Assembly (NCBI GenBank): GCA_024641545.1
Contig: JAHECW010000007.1
Span: 1-63,970 of the forward strand
Length of the DNA stretch: 63,970 nucleotides
Reading direction: 5' to 3'
Source of the DNA: Acidobacteriota bacterium
Lineage (GTDB): Bacteria; Acidobacteriota; Thermoanaerobaculia; Thermoanaerobaculales; Sulfomarinibacteraceae
Shown: positions 17,927 to 28,653 of the stretch, in pieces
Layout: each line of letters begins with the position of its first letter
Numbering within the stretch: the first letter of the stretch is position 1
The notes under the pieces: generated by a model
What the model was told of the DNA's origin: nothing
The model's database searches: none
Seen by the model: only the letters and a program-made list of their open reading frames with translations
Program-made: the position numbers and the translations under genes

Positions 17927-18073
17927 TCCGGGAGGCCGCGGCCGGGGCCGAGGCCGGCGGGGTGGCGAACGTTGCCCCTGCCTCTAAACCTTCGCTCCGC
18001 ACACTCAGATCTCCGGGTCTCAGTCCGAGCTTAAGATCTGAGCGTTCCTCCATCAGAAATTTCCGAAAAGTGC

Positions 18074-18102
18074 TTGACAGTCACCGCGAAAGGGCCTATA
18101 TT
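18074..18102 (+). promoter_or_regulatory. Sigma70 promoter of groESL
   Basis: TTGACA-17 nt-TATATT. Confidence 0.88.
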
Positions 18103-18107
18103 CACCC

Positions 18108-18134
18108 CTGGCACTCGCCAAATCTAAGTGCTAA
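18108..18134 (+). promoter_or_regulatory. CIRCE element (HrcA operator)
   Basis: CTGGCACTC-N9-AAGTGCTAA versus consensus TTAGCACTC-N9-GAGTGCTAA, between the promoter and groES. Confidence 0.9.
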
Positions 18135-18166
18135 TTATCAGAGTTAAACCGAAGGGAGACAGAGAG

Positions 18167-18454
18167 ATGAAGATCAAACCACTTGGCGATCGCGTCCTAG
18201 TGAAGCGGACCGAAAAGGCGGAGGAAATCCGCGGCGGTATCATCATTCCCGATACGGCCAAAGAGAAGCCCCAAGAGGCCGAGGTCGTCGCGGTGGGTGA
18301 TGGCAAGCTGGACGACAAAGGCAAGCGGATCGCCATGAACGTCAAAAAAGGCGACCGCGTCCTCATCGGCAAATACTCCGGTCAGGACATCAAAGTCAAC
18401 GATGTCGAGCACACCATCCTGCGCGAGGACGAGATCCTCGCCATCGTCGAGTAA
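18167..18454 (+). CDS. groES: Co-chaperonin GroES
   Basis: [40 protein letters not shown]. Confidence 0.99.
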   Translation: MKIKPLGDRVLVKRTEKAEEIRGGIIIPDTAKEKPQEAEVVAVGDGKLDDKGKRIAMNVKKGDRVLIGKYSGQDIKVNDVEHTILREDEILAIVE

Positions 18455-20125
<1,671 letters not shown>

Positions 20126-20149
20126 TCGCTCACGATCAATGAACAACTC

Positions 20150-20177
20150 AAACCCGGGCTTCGGCCCGGGTTTTTTT
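20150..20177 (+). terminator. Rho-independent terminator of groESL
   Basis: AAACCCGGGC-TTCG-GCCCGGGTTTTTTT. Confidence 0.92.
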
Positions 20178-20197
20178 CTCCATCATGCTCGATGCGG

Positions 20198-20232
20198 CCC
20201 TGCCGTCGCAGCCCGTGCCCCTGCCGCTGCCC
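20198..20232. repeat. Hexamer tract (CTGCCG orientation) abutting a TATAAT box
   Basis: CCCTGCCGTCGCAGCCCGTGCCCCTGCCGCTGCCCC, then TATAAT at 20234. Confidence 0.6.
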
Positions 20233-20245
20233 CTATAATGCCACC

Positions 20246-21508
20246 GTGGACCCGAAGTTCATCCGCACCGCCGCCTCCATCGTCGTTCTCTTCGCCGTCG
20301 GTTTCATCGCCGGTCAGCTCACCATGAGCAGCCACGTCAAGGCCGAAGCCGAGGCCAGGCTTGTGACCCGCATCGAGGGCGTCGTCCGCCCGAACGAGGA
20401 CCTGCGCCGGCTCGAGCAGTTGCAGGAGCTGGGGTACGTCGACGGAACCGTCGACAAGCGAGCCGAGCTGCGGGGCGTCGAAATCCACGATCGGCAGCGG
20501 GCGTGCCCCGGGGTCAACCTTTACAGCTCACGCCTGCGGGCGTCGGCGCGGATCGTCGACAACGACGGCACCGAGCTCCACTCGTGGAGCTATCCCGGCG
20601 ACGACGGCTGGGAACACATCGAGCTCCTGGCCGACGGAGATCTTCTCGTCGTCGTCAACGAAAAGTCGATCTTCAAGCTCGACAAGAATTCGAATCTGCT
20701 CTGGCGCACCGACGTCGCCGCCCACCACGACCTCGCGGTCCACCCGTCGGGCGACATCTACGCGCTGACCGATGCCAGTGCGCTGCGGCCGGAGATCCAC
20801 CCGGATGTGCCGGTCATCGAGGACTTCATCGAGATCCTCTCCTCCGACGGCAAGCTCAAGGACCGGTTGTCGATCCTCGACGCCATGCGCTCGTCGAGCT
20901 ATGCCCATCTCCTGATCAGCCCACAGCACCTTCCGTCCGACCAACGCGAGGGTCAGCGTCTGCGGCTCGACATGCTCCACACCAACCACATCCAGGTCTT
21001 CGACGGATCGCTCGCCCAGCGCTCGCCGCTGTTCGCCGAGGGTAATGTGCTGGTCTCCATGCGGACGATCAGCACCATCGCGATCCTCGACCCCCGCAGC
21101 CGCGAGGTGCTCTGGGCATGGGGCCCTTCGAATCTCCACCGGCAGCACCACCCCACCCTGCTGCCCAACGGCAACATCCTCGTCTTCGACAACGGCCAGA
21201 ACCGCTCCCAGATCGTCGAGGTCGATCCCGTGAGCTTCGAGGTCGCGTGGCGGTACGCGCCGACGAAAGGCTTCCTGTCGCGATTCCGCGGCAGCGTGCA
21301 GCGCCTGCCCAACGGCAACACCCTGGTCACCGAGTCGGATCGGGGCTATGTCTTCGAAGTCTCGCCCGATCACGACATCGTCTGGCGTTTCGCCAACCCC
21401 GATGTGCAGCAAAACAACCTGCGGATCGCGATCTGGCGGATGACGCGGTACCCCATCGACGAACTCGACTTTCTCTTTCAAGCGGATGACGTAGAATCCC
21501 GGCAATGA
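20246..21508 (+). CDS. Arylsulfotransferase-family beta-propeller protein, N-terminally anchored
   Basis: N-terminal TM/signal; AHHDL, DMLHTNHI, RQHHPTLLPNGNILVFDNG, GSVQRLPNGNTLVTES. GTG start 6 nt after TATAAT. Confidence 0.85.
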   Translation: MDPKFIRTAASIVVLFAVGFIAGQLTMSSHVKAEAEARLVTRIEGVVRPNEDLRRLEQLQELGYVDGTVDKRAELRGVEIHDRQRACPGVNLYSSRLRASARIVDNDGTELHSWSYPGDDGWEHIELLADGDLLVVVNEKSIFKLDKNSNLLWRTDVAAHHDLAVHPSGDIYALTDASALRPEIHPDVPVIEDFIEILSSDGKLKDRLSILDAMRSSSYAHLLISPQHLPSDQREGQRLRLDMLHTNHIQVFDGSLAQRSPLFAEGNVLVSMRTISTIAILDPRSREVLWAWGPSNLHRQHHPTLLPNGNILVFDNGQNRSQIVEVDPVSFEVAWRYAPTKGFLSRFRGSVQRLPNGNTLVTESDRGYVFEVSPDHDIVWRFANPDVQQNNLRIAIWRMTRYPIDELDFLFQADDVESRQ

Positions 21509-22833
21509 ACACCGTCAACGTCAGGCACTTTTTTCTGTACGCGGCGTGCCTGGTTGCCGCGGGCGCCGTCGCCCAGGTCGGTATCGGCCAGGCCGAGGCA
21601 GACGAGATCTACATCCCGGGGGCGGCTCATGTCGCCGGCAGCAACAACACCACCTGGCGGACCGACCTCGAGATCCGGTCGGTCGGAACCATCGGGGCTC
21701 GCTGCCGAATCGACCTGCTGCGCAAGAACCGCGACAACACCAACCACCCGTCGATCATTCTGGACCTCGATGCGGGCACTGCAATGCGATACCACGACGC
21801 CCTCGATCTGCTTTTCGGTTTCGAGGGCACGGCGTGCCTGCGCATCACCGACCTCGAGGGCGAAATCCGCGCCACCAGCCGGACCTACAACCTCACCCCG
21901 GATGGGACCTTCGGCCAGTTCATCGGCGGCACGACCTCGGCGGACATTTTCGTCACCGGCCTCGACGCCACCGTCATCCAGCTCACGGCTTCGCCGACCG
22001 GCGAGGACGGATTCCGGACCAACCTCGGGATGGTCAATCTCGAGCGCGAACCTACAACCCTCGACATCGACCTCTATCTCGCCGATCTCACCTATCTCGG
22101 CAGGGTCTCGACGAGCCTCGACGCCTACGGTTTCAAGCAGATCGACAACATCTTCGCCAGGGTCACCGCCGACGATGTTCCCGACGGCATCGCCATCGTC
22201 CGCGCTCGTTTCCTCGGCTCGCGATATCTGGTCTACGCCTCGGTCATCGACAATCTCACCGGTGATCCGATCTTCATTCCCGGACTGCCGAACACGGCGG
22301 CGATCCAACAACCGACCCCGACTCCGACGCCGGCAGGGACGACGACCCCCACCCCGGCCCTGACACCGACCGCGACCCCGACGGCGCCCGGGGGAGCCAC
22401 CGCAACCCCGACGCCGACCCGCACACCCCTGCAAACCCGCACACCGACGCCCACGCCGGAGTTCGCGGTGATCGTCACCACTCTTGACGACGAGACCTTC
22501 TACCTGGTGCCGTCGACGATCCGATTTCGGGTCGGCAGCGGGATCCAGTCATCGCTGATCCTGTGCAGCATCGACGGAGTTTTGAGCCAGGTCTCGAGCT
22601 TCGACTACATCCGGGGACCGACCGTAGTCGTCGATTGGCAGGCCTGCTGCAGCGACACCAACTTCGGCGCCCGCCTCGAATACCGGGCTTTTCCCGGCAT
22701 CGGCGGCCCGGCTGTCGCCCGCGGGACCTGCACCCCGGGCGTCCCGGTCTTCGCCATCATCGGTAACGACATGAGCACCGGCGCCCAGATCGAGATCGAC
22801 GGCGCCAACCTCGACCTCGCGCTGTGGCCTTGA
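21505..22833 (+). CDS. Secreted hypothetical protein with a Pro/Thr linker and Cys-containing C-terminal domain
   Basis: ATGA overlap with the previous gene; signal peptide; IPGAAHVAGSNNTTWRTDLEI...FRTNLGMVN...YASVIDNLTGDPIFIP module; (PT)n linker at about 22310-22460. Confidence 0.8.
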   Translation: MNTVNVRHFFLYAACLVAAGAVAQVGIGQAEADEIYIPGAAHVAGSNNTTWRTDLEIRSVGTIGARCRIDLLRKNRDNTNHPSIILDLDAGTAMRYHDALDLLFGFEGTACLRITDLEGEIRATSRTYNLTPDGTFGQFIGGTTSADIFVTGLDATVIQLTASPTGEDGFRTNLGMVNLEREPTTLDIDLYLADLTYLGRVSTSLDAYGFKQIDNIFARVTADDVPDGIAIVRARFLGSRYLVYASVIDNLTGDPIFIPGLPNTAAIQQPTPTPTPAGTTTPTPALTPTATPTAPGGATATPTPTRTPLQTRTPTPTPEFAVIVTTLDDETFYLVPSTIRFRVGSGIQSSLILCSIDGVLSQVSSFDYIRGPTVVVDWQACCSDTNFGARLEYRAFPGIGGPAVARGTCTPGVPVFAIIGNDMSTGAQIEIDGANLDLALWP

Positions 22834-22900
22834 CCTACAACCGCAGCGGTCGTCGATGACCGTTGACCCATCGAAGCGCGAGCACAAAGAGGAGCCAACC

Positions 22901-23758
22901 ATGAAGTGGAAACAGGGACGGCGAAGTTCCAATGTCGAAGACCGTAGGGGCCGGCGCGTCTCGCGCCCCGTAGCCATCGGTGGCGGGGGGATCGGTCTGC
23001 TCGTCATCGTCGTGATCGCTCTCTTCCTCGGAGTCGATCCGACGCCGCTGCTGCAGAACACGACCTCGACGAACGTCTCCCAAGGTCCACCTTCGGCACC
23101 GCCATCGGCGGAGCAGAACCAGCTCGCCGACTTCGTGTCCGTCGTCCTCGCCGACACCGAGGATGCCTGGAGCGCCATCTTCGCCGAGGGCGGACAGAGC
23201 TATGCCGAGCCGACCCTGGTCCTCTTCACCGACCGGGTCCAGTCCGCCTGCGGCATGGCCGGCGCGGCCATGGGGCCGTTCTACTGCCCCGCCGATCAGC
23301 AGATCTATATCGATCTCGGTTTCTATGACGAGCTCCGGACCCGATTCCGCGCACCCGGTGACTTCGCCCAGGCCTATGTCATCGCCCACGAGGTCGGCCA
23401 CCACGTCCAGAATCTCCTTGGGATCTCGGATCAGGTGAGACGCCGACAGCAGGGCCTTTCCAGGGCCGATGCCAACGCGCTCTCGGTGCGGCTCGAGCTC
23501 CAGGCCGACTGTTTTTCCGGGGTCTGGGCCTACCACGCCCAACGGGCGCGCAGCATCCTCGAGCCGGGCGATCTCGAGGAGGCGCTCAACGCGGCCAGCG
23601 CCATCGGCGACGATCGGATTCAGCGTCAGGCCGGAGGCGCTGTTGCTCCCGACTCGTTCACCCACGGCTCGTCCGAACAACGGGTCCGGTGGTTCAAACA
23701 GGGCTTCGAAACCGGCGACGGCGGTCTCTGCGACACCTTCGGCGTCAGCGAACCTTAA
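22901..23758 (+). CDS. Neutral zinc metallopeptidase (YpfJ family)
   Basis: RRSSNVEDRRG, GPFYCPAD, YVIAHEVGHHVQNLLG, ELQADC, DSFTHGSSEQR; GAGGAG RBS. Confidence 0.93.
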   Translation: MKWKQGRRSSNVEDRRGRRVSRPVAIGGGGIGLLVIVVIALFLGVDPTPLLQNTTSTNVSQGPPSAPPSAEQNQLADFVSVVLADTEDAWSAIFAEGGQSYAEPTLVLFTDRVQSACGMAGAAMGPFYCPADQQIYIDLGFYDELRTRFRAPGDFAQAYVIAHEVGHHVQNLLGISDQVRRRQQGLSRADANALSVRLELQADCFSGVWAYHAQRARSILEPGDLEEALNAASAIGDDRIQRQAGGAVAPDSFTHGSSEQRVRWFKQGFETGDGGLCDTFGVSEP

Positions 23759-23822
23759 GAGCGAAAGAGGGTGCCGGGCCGAAGCCGGGCACCCTCCCGC
23801 GTCATCTCCGATCGCCGAGATT

Positions 23823-25262
23823 CTACGGCGTCGTGCTCGACCAGGCCCCGGTGTCGTTGGATTCGAAACCATCCGCGAAAATTTCGGTGAACCCGGTGAC
23901 CGTGTGGCCCACGTCCTTGAACTGGGCTGGAGTGAGGTCCAGTTGGTCGAAGACATCGACGCTGGTGAACGGCTCCATCAACAGATCGGGCGAGGCCGTG
24001 ACGTCCCAGTGGGAGATCGATGAACCCGGCGCTACCGTTGTGGGCGCGTAGAGCAGGGCGAGTCCCGAGGCGTGGACACCGAGACGATTGTTGACCCGCA
24101 GGATGCCGCTGACCCCCGGCAACTCCGCTTCGATGGTGGCGCCGTCGTTCTGGCCGAGCGCCACCACGGGGATGGTCACCGCGCCGCCGTCGACCCCCGC
24201 CCCCATGAGCACGAGGACGGTGCCGTCGCGGTCGTTGGCGATCACGGCTGCACTCGCGCCGGCGTTCTCGGAGTTGAGCGCCTTGAGCCCGAACTCGCAG
24301 TTGCCGCGATTCATGATGGCGATCCTTCCCGGTGTGAAGCCGACCAGCGGCCCACAGGCGTCCGAGGGTGTCGCCGAACCGGTGTTGACGAGCTCGAACT
24401 CGCCCGACATTTCATCGGGAGGCGCTCCTCCGAAACCGGCGCCGAGGGCGCCATAGGTTCCAGCGATGCCGGGTGGTGAGGTGACTTCGAGGTCCATCGC
24501 CCCGGCAAAGAAGGTGGTCGGGACCTCCGCCGTGACGTTCGGACCGTCCCACGCGAGGTTGCCGTCGTTGGTCGCCGACGCCGCCCGCTGCGCGTTGCTC
24601 ATCTCGGTCCAATGCAGCCCGGCAGTCATGTCCAGGATGTAGTAGTCGAAGATCCCGGGAGCGCCGAAGTAGGGGACCCCGGTCGAGGAGTTGACGAAGC
24701 TCGCGAAACCGAGCCCGTGACCCATTTCGTGCAGCACGACCGGAAACAGATCCTCCGCCCCGGCAGGTTCGTTGCCGTCGAGGCCGTAGTAGAAACCCGG
24801 CGGCGTGCACTGCGCCGGATCGTCCCAATCGCTGTTGTAGGTGATGAAGAAGTCGGCGTTGCCCGGATTCTGGTCGGTTCCCGTGATCGAGTCGGCGATG
24901 GCGCTGTGATAGAAGACGTTCGGAACCGGCGCGCCGGGGAAGTTCATGTACGCCGTCCCCGGGCTGGTTGATCCGAGCACGTTGCAGTTGCCCATCGGAT
25001 TGAACCGGGCGAGGATCCTGATGTCCACCGAACTGACGACCCTCTGGGCCCAGGCATCGGCGACCGCTTCGAGCACGATGAGCCGTTGCGCGCCGAGGGT
25101 GGTGCCCGTGTTGCCTCCGACCGGCGTGGCCGGGGTCGTGTCGTTGAGCCCCTCGCCCGGACCATCGCCGTTGACGATGACGAAATTCGCGGCCGCCCCG
25201 ACGCCGGGAGACAGCAGCATGGTGAGGATTGCGAGCGCGACGAGATATCTGGTTTTCATCAT
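23823..25262 (-). CDS. Secreted PA-domain zinc metalloprotease
   Basis: Signal peptide; VVLHEMGHGLGF; PA domain (IAIMNRGNCEFGLKALN..AGASAAVIAN); GSSISHWD..LLMEP; conserved tail IFADGFESNDTGAWSSTTP. Confidence 0.88.
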   Translation of the reverse strand: MMKTRYLVALAILTMLLSPGVGAAANFVIVNGDGPGEGLNDTTPATPVGGNTGTTLGAQRLIVLEAVADAWAQRVVSSVDIRILARFNPMGNCNVLGSTSPGTAYMNFPGAPVPNVFYHSAIADSITGTDQNPGNADFFITYNSDWDDPAQCTPPGFYYGLDGNEPAGAEDLFPVVLHEMGHGLGFASFVNSSTGVPYFGAPGIFDYYILDMTAGLHWTEMSNAQRAASATNDGNLAWDGPNVTAEVPTTFFAGAMDLEVTSPPGIAGTYGALGAGFGGAPPDEMSGEFELVNTGSATPSDACGPLVGFTPGRIAIMNRGNCEFGLKALNSENAGASAAVIANDRDGTVLVLMGAGVDGGAVTIPVVALGQNDGATIEAELPGVSGILRVNNRLGVHASGLALLYAPTTVAPGSSISHWDVTASPDLLMEPFTSVDVFDQLDLTPAQFKDVGHTVTGFTEIFADGFESNDTGAWSSTTP

Positions 25263-25269
25263 TGCCCCC

Positions 25270-25755
25270 TCACTCGGCCACGGCCGTGTCGGCCTGGTCG
25301 TCGGCGTGCTCCTTCTGGTACTCATCGAGCCCGACGACGAACGCGATCGCCGCATCGAGGTCCCGAAAACAGCCGCGGGCACGGGTGCCGTCGAGGTTGG
25401 TCCTCGCGACATGGACGTCGCGCATGGCGCCGTTGCTCTCGCCGCGCACCGTCCCGTCGGCGGCGGTTGCGACATCGGCTTCCACCGGCCACCCGAAGTG
25501 GGGGGCGAGCTCGAGGCGAAGCATGGCGATCCGTGCGTGGGTCGCCACGACGACCTCACCGGTCCGGGAGTCGCGGTACTTCAGATCCCCCGCGGCGATG
25601 CGTTCATCCAACGCGATCATCGAGGCGGACCTGCCGACACTCTCGCTCAACGGGTCAGCCGCGGACGCCGGCGTGACGAGAGCCAGAGTTGTGACTGTCA
25701 ATATCATCGCGGCGCACAACGACATGCACACCGACATCTGGGCGGTTGTTCTCAT
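25270..25755 (-). CDS. Small secreted protein, post-PEP-CTERM-1-domain-like
   Basis: Signal peptide; YRDSRTGEVVVAT...AADGTVRG...VHVARTNLDGTRARGC pattern; ends 7 nt before the protease start. Confidence 0.65.
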   Translation of the reverse strand: MRTTAQMSVCMSLCAAMILTVTTLALVTPASAADPLSESVGRSASMIALDERIAAGDLKYRDSRTGEVVVATHARIAMLRLELAPHFGWPVEADVATAADGTVRGESNGAMRDVHVARTNLDGTRARGCFRDLDAAIAFVVGLDEYQKEHADDQADTAVAE

Positions 25756-26111
25756 GATTTCCCCCGTTTTTCCGCCGGTCGGAACGGGGCCGTTGAAAAC
25801 CGGGAAACAAGACCACCTCGTGCCCGTCTTCGGCCGATACGAACCCCTACCACCGGCGCATCTACTCCATTGTTGTATCGCGGCACGGCCGGAAGGTCAA
25901 ACAACCGAGTCCGTCCCGGCCCGCAGGTCTCGCCAGCGGTTCGACTTCGGCCGACGATGCACCGCCCGAGGACATCCTGTCTCGGTTCGGCCGCAGCGCC
26001 CGGTCGCCCTCGCGACGAAACCCGGGGAGAAGTGCGGGCTCAACCCTTGCGGGCACGCACCTGCCGTCATACTCTGCCGTCGGCGCGCCGCGCCCGGTTG
26101 GAGGTCCTGCA

Positions 26112-28565
26112 ATGAAAGCCCGTCTTCTGATCCTGGGATTGATCTCGATCGCCCTGCTGAGCACCACCACCGGCCCGGTCTATGCAACCGAGCCGCCGAC
26201 CAACGAGTGTTCGATCACCGTTGTCCGCGCCTGGTTCAGCAGCCGCGCCCAGGTCGAGGCCTTCGCCGCCCATGACGAACCCTGGGAGGTCCACCACGAC
26301 AAGGGGTGGATGCTGGTCGGCGCCGACGCGGACAGCCTCCGGCTCCTGCTCGATCTGGGTTTCGACATCGAGATCGACGAGGCGCGAACCGCCGAGATCT
26401 GCGCGCCGAGAAAACGTCGTCCGGATCAGATCGAGGGCATCCCGGGCTACGCCTGCTACCGAACCGTCGAGGAGACCTTTCAGACCGCGCAGAACCTGGT
26501 GACGAACCACCCGGATCTGGCGTCGTTGATCGATGCCGGCGATTCTTGGGAGAAGGTGACGCCCGGCGGCAGCCCGGGCTACGACATGAAGGTCCTTCGG
26601 CTCACCAACGCCAACGTCGCCGGAACCCCGCCGGCCGGTTTCACGGGCAAACCGCGTCTCTTCGTCACCTCGGCGATCCACGCCCGCGAGTACACCACGG
26701 CCGAGCTCATGACCCGTTTCGCCGAGTACCTGGTCAGCAACCACGGTACCGACGCCGACGCGACGTGGCTGCTCGACGAACATGAAATCCACCTCATGCT
26801 GCACACCAACCCGGACGGCCGCAAACAGGCCGAGACCGGGCTGTCATGGCGCAAGAACACCAACGAGAACTACTGCTCCCCGACATCGAGCTCCCGCGGC
26901 GCCGACCTCAACCGCAACTTCGAGTTCCAGTGGGGGTGCTGTGGCGGCTCGAGCGGCGACCAGTGCTCGGCCACCTACCGCGGCCCTGCAACCGCCTCGG
27001 AACCCGAGGTCCAGGCGGTCCAGACCTACGCCCGGTCGATCTTTCCCGATCAGCGCGACCCCGCGCTGGGGGCCGCCGCCCCGGCCGACGCGACGGGGAT
27101 GTACATCGACATCCACTCCTACTCCGAGCTGGTTCTCTGGCCGTGGGGTTTCACGTCCACAGCAACCGGCAACGGGACCGCGCTCCAGACCCTCGGCCGC
27201 AAGCTCGCCTTCTTCAACGGATACGAACCTGATCAGGCCATCGGCCTCTACCCCACCGACGGCACCACCGACGACTTTGTCTACGGCGATCTCGGGGTGG
27301 CCGCCTACACCTTCGAGCTCGGCAACTGGTTCTTCGAGGACTGCATCGATTTCGAATCGACGATTCTCCCCGATAACCTCGCGGCGCTGATCTACGCCGC
27401 CAAGGTCGTGCGCACGCCGTACCTCAGCCCGGCCGGCCCCGAGATCACCGACGCCGCGGCAACCGCCGCGGTCGTCGCGCCCGGCGATCCCGTCGCCATC
27501 CTCGCCAACGCCGACGATTCCCGATTCAACAACTCGAACGGGACCGAGCCGACCCAGCCGGTTGCCGCGGCCGAGCTCTTCATCGACGCACCGCCGTGGC
27601 AAGCGGGGGCGAGCGCCATCGCCATGATCGCGACCGACGGCGCCTTCGACACCGCCATCGAACCGATTCAGGGCGAGATCGACACCACCGGGTTGGCCGA
27701 CGGCAGACACACGGTCTATGTCCACGCCCGGGACGCGGGCGGGAACTGGGGGCCGGTCAGCGCCGTCTTCGTTTGGATCCTCGATCCGGGCACCGCCGCC
27801 CACATCGCCGGCAACGTCACCGCCGTCGGCGGCGGCTCGCCCCTGACGGCAACCGTGGCCAGCGGCATCTTCACCACCCAATCCGATCCCGGCACCGGCG
27901 CCTACGATCTGAGGCTTCCGGAGGGAACGTACGACGTCACCGCTGCAGCGGAAGGCTACGGCAGCCAGACCGTGACCGCGGTCGCCGCCGCCCCCGGGGT
28001 CATCACTCCCCTCGATTTCGTCCTCACGCCCTACGAGATCGTCCTCGCCGACGCCGTCGAAACCGGCAATCTCGGTTGGACGGCCGAGGGTCAGTGGGCG
28101 ATCACCGAAGAGGCATCGGCGAGCCCCAGCCACTCCTGGACCGACAGCCCGGGCGGTGTCTACGGCAACTACTGGGATGCCTCCCTGACGTCGCCCGTGC
28201 TCGATTTTCTCGATGTCGCCGGGGTCACCCTCGAGTTCGCCCACATTTTCGATCTCGAGAGCGGGTACGACTACGCCCTCGTGGAGACCTCGGTTGACGG
28301 TGGCGCCACCTGGTCGACCGCGGCATCGTTCAACGGCCTCAACCATACGGTCTGGGAGACCGTCGAGATCGATCTCGGCAACCTCGACCACGTCGCCGAT
28401 GCCAGGGTCCGGTTCCGGATCGACACCGACGTCTCAATCACCGAGGACGGCTGGCACATCGACGACATCGTCATCCGCGGCTTCGCCGAGCCCCCGCCGG
28501 GGCTGGTCTTCCGCGACCGATTCGAGACCGGCGACACCTCGGCGTGGAGCGCGGTGGTGCCGTAA
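26112..28565 (+). CDS. Secreted M14 zinc carboxypeptidase with C-terminal beta-sandwich domains
   Basis: IHAREY, NPDG, WRKN, GADLNRNF, SEPE, IDIHSYS, YTFELG; tail VFRDRFETGDTSAWSAVVP. Confidence 0.92.
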   Translation: MKARLLILGLISIALLSTTTGPVYATEPPTNECSITVVRAWFSSRAQVEAFAAHDEPWEVHHDKGWMLVGADADSLRLLLDLGFDIEIDEARTAEICAPRKRRPDQIEGIPGYACYRTVEETFQTAQNLVTNHPDLASLIDAGDSWEKVTPGGSPGYDMKVLRLTNANVAGTPPAGFTGKPRLFVTSAIHAREYTTAELMTRFAEYLVSNHGTDADATWLLDEHEIHLMLHTNPDGRKQAETGLSWRKNTNENYCSPTSSSRGADLNRNFEFQWGCCGGSSGDQCSATYRGPATASEPEVQAVQTYARSIFPDQRDPALGAAAPADATGMYIDIHSYSELVLWPWGFTSTATGNGTALQTLGRKLAFFNGYEPDQAIGLYPTDGTTDDFVYGDLGVAAYTFELGNWFFEDCIDFESTILPDNLAALIYAAKVVRTPYLSPAGPEITDAAATAAVVAPGDPVAILANADDSRFNNSNGTEPTQPVAAAELFIDAPPWQAGASAIAMIATDGAFDTAIEPIQGEIDTTGLADGRHTVYVHARDAGGNWGPVSAVFVWILDPGTAAHIAGNVTAVGGGSPLTATVASGIFTTQSDPGTGAYDLRLPEGTYDVTAAAEGYGSQTVTAVAAAPGVITPLDFVLTPYEIVLADAVETGNLGWTAEGQWAITEEASASPSHSWTDSPGGVYGNYWDASLTSPVLDFLDVAGVTLEFAHIFDLESGYDYALVETSVDGGATWSTAASFNGLNHTVWETVEIDLGNLDHVADARVRFRIDTDVSITEDGWHIDDIVIRGFAEPPPGLVFRDRFETGDTSAWSAVVP

Positions 28566-28653
28566 CCGCAACGCCTGAACTTTCCCTTTCCTGGTGGGTC
28601 GACCGCGACGGGACTGCTCGCGTTCGGATACGATGACTCACGGAGGATGCTGC

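Noticed and set aside
22310-22460. ACCCCG-like tandem DNA repeat
   Set aside because: Explained by the coding Pro/Thr linker of the 21505..22833 protein.
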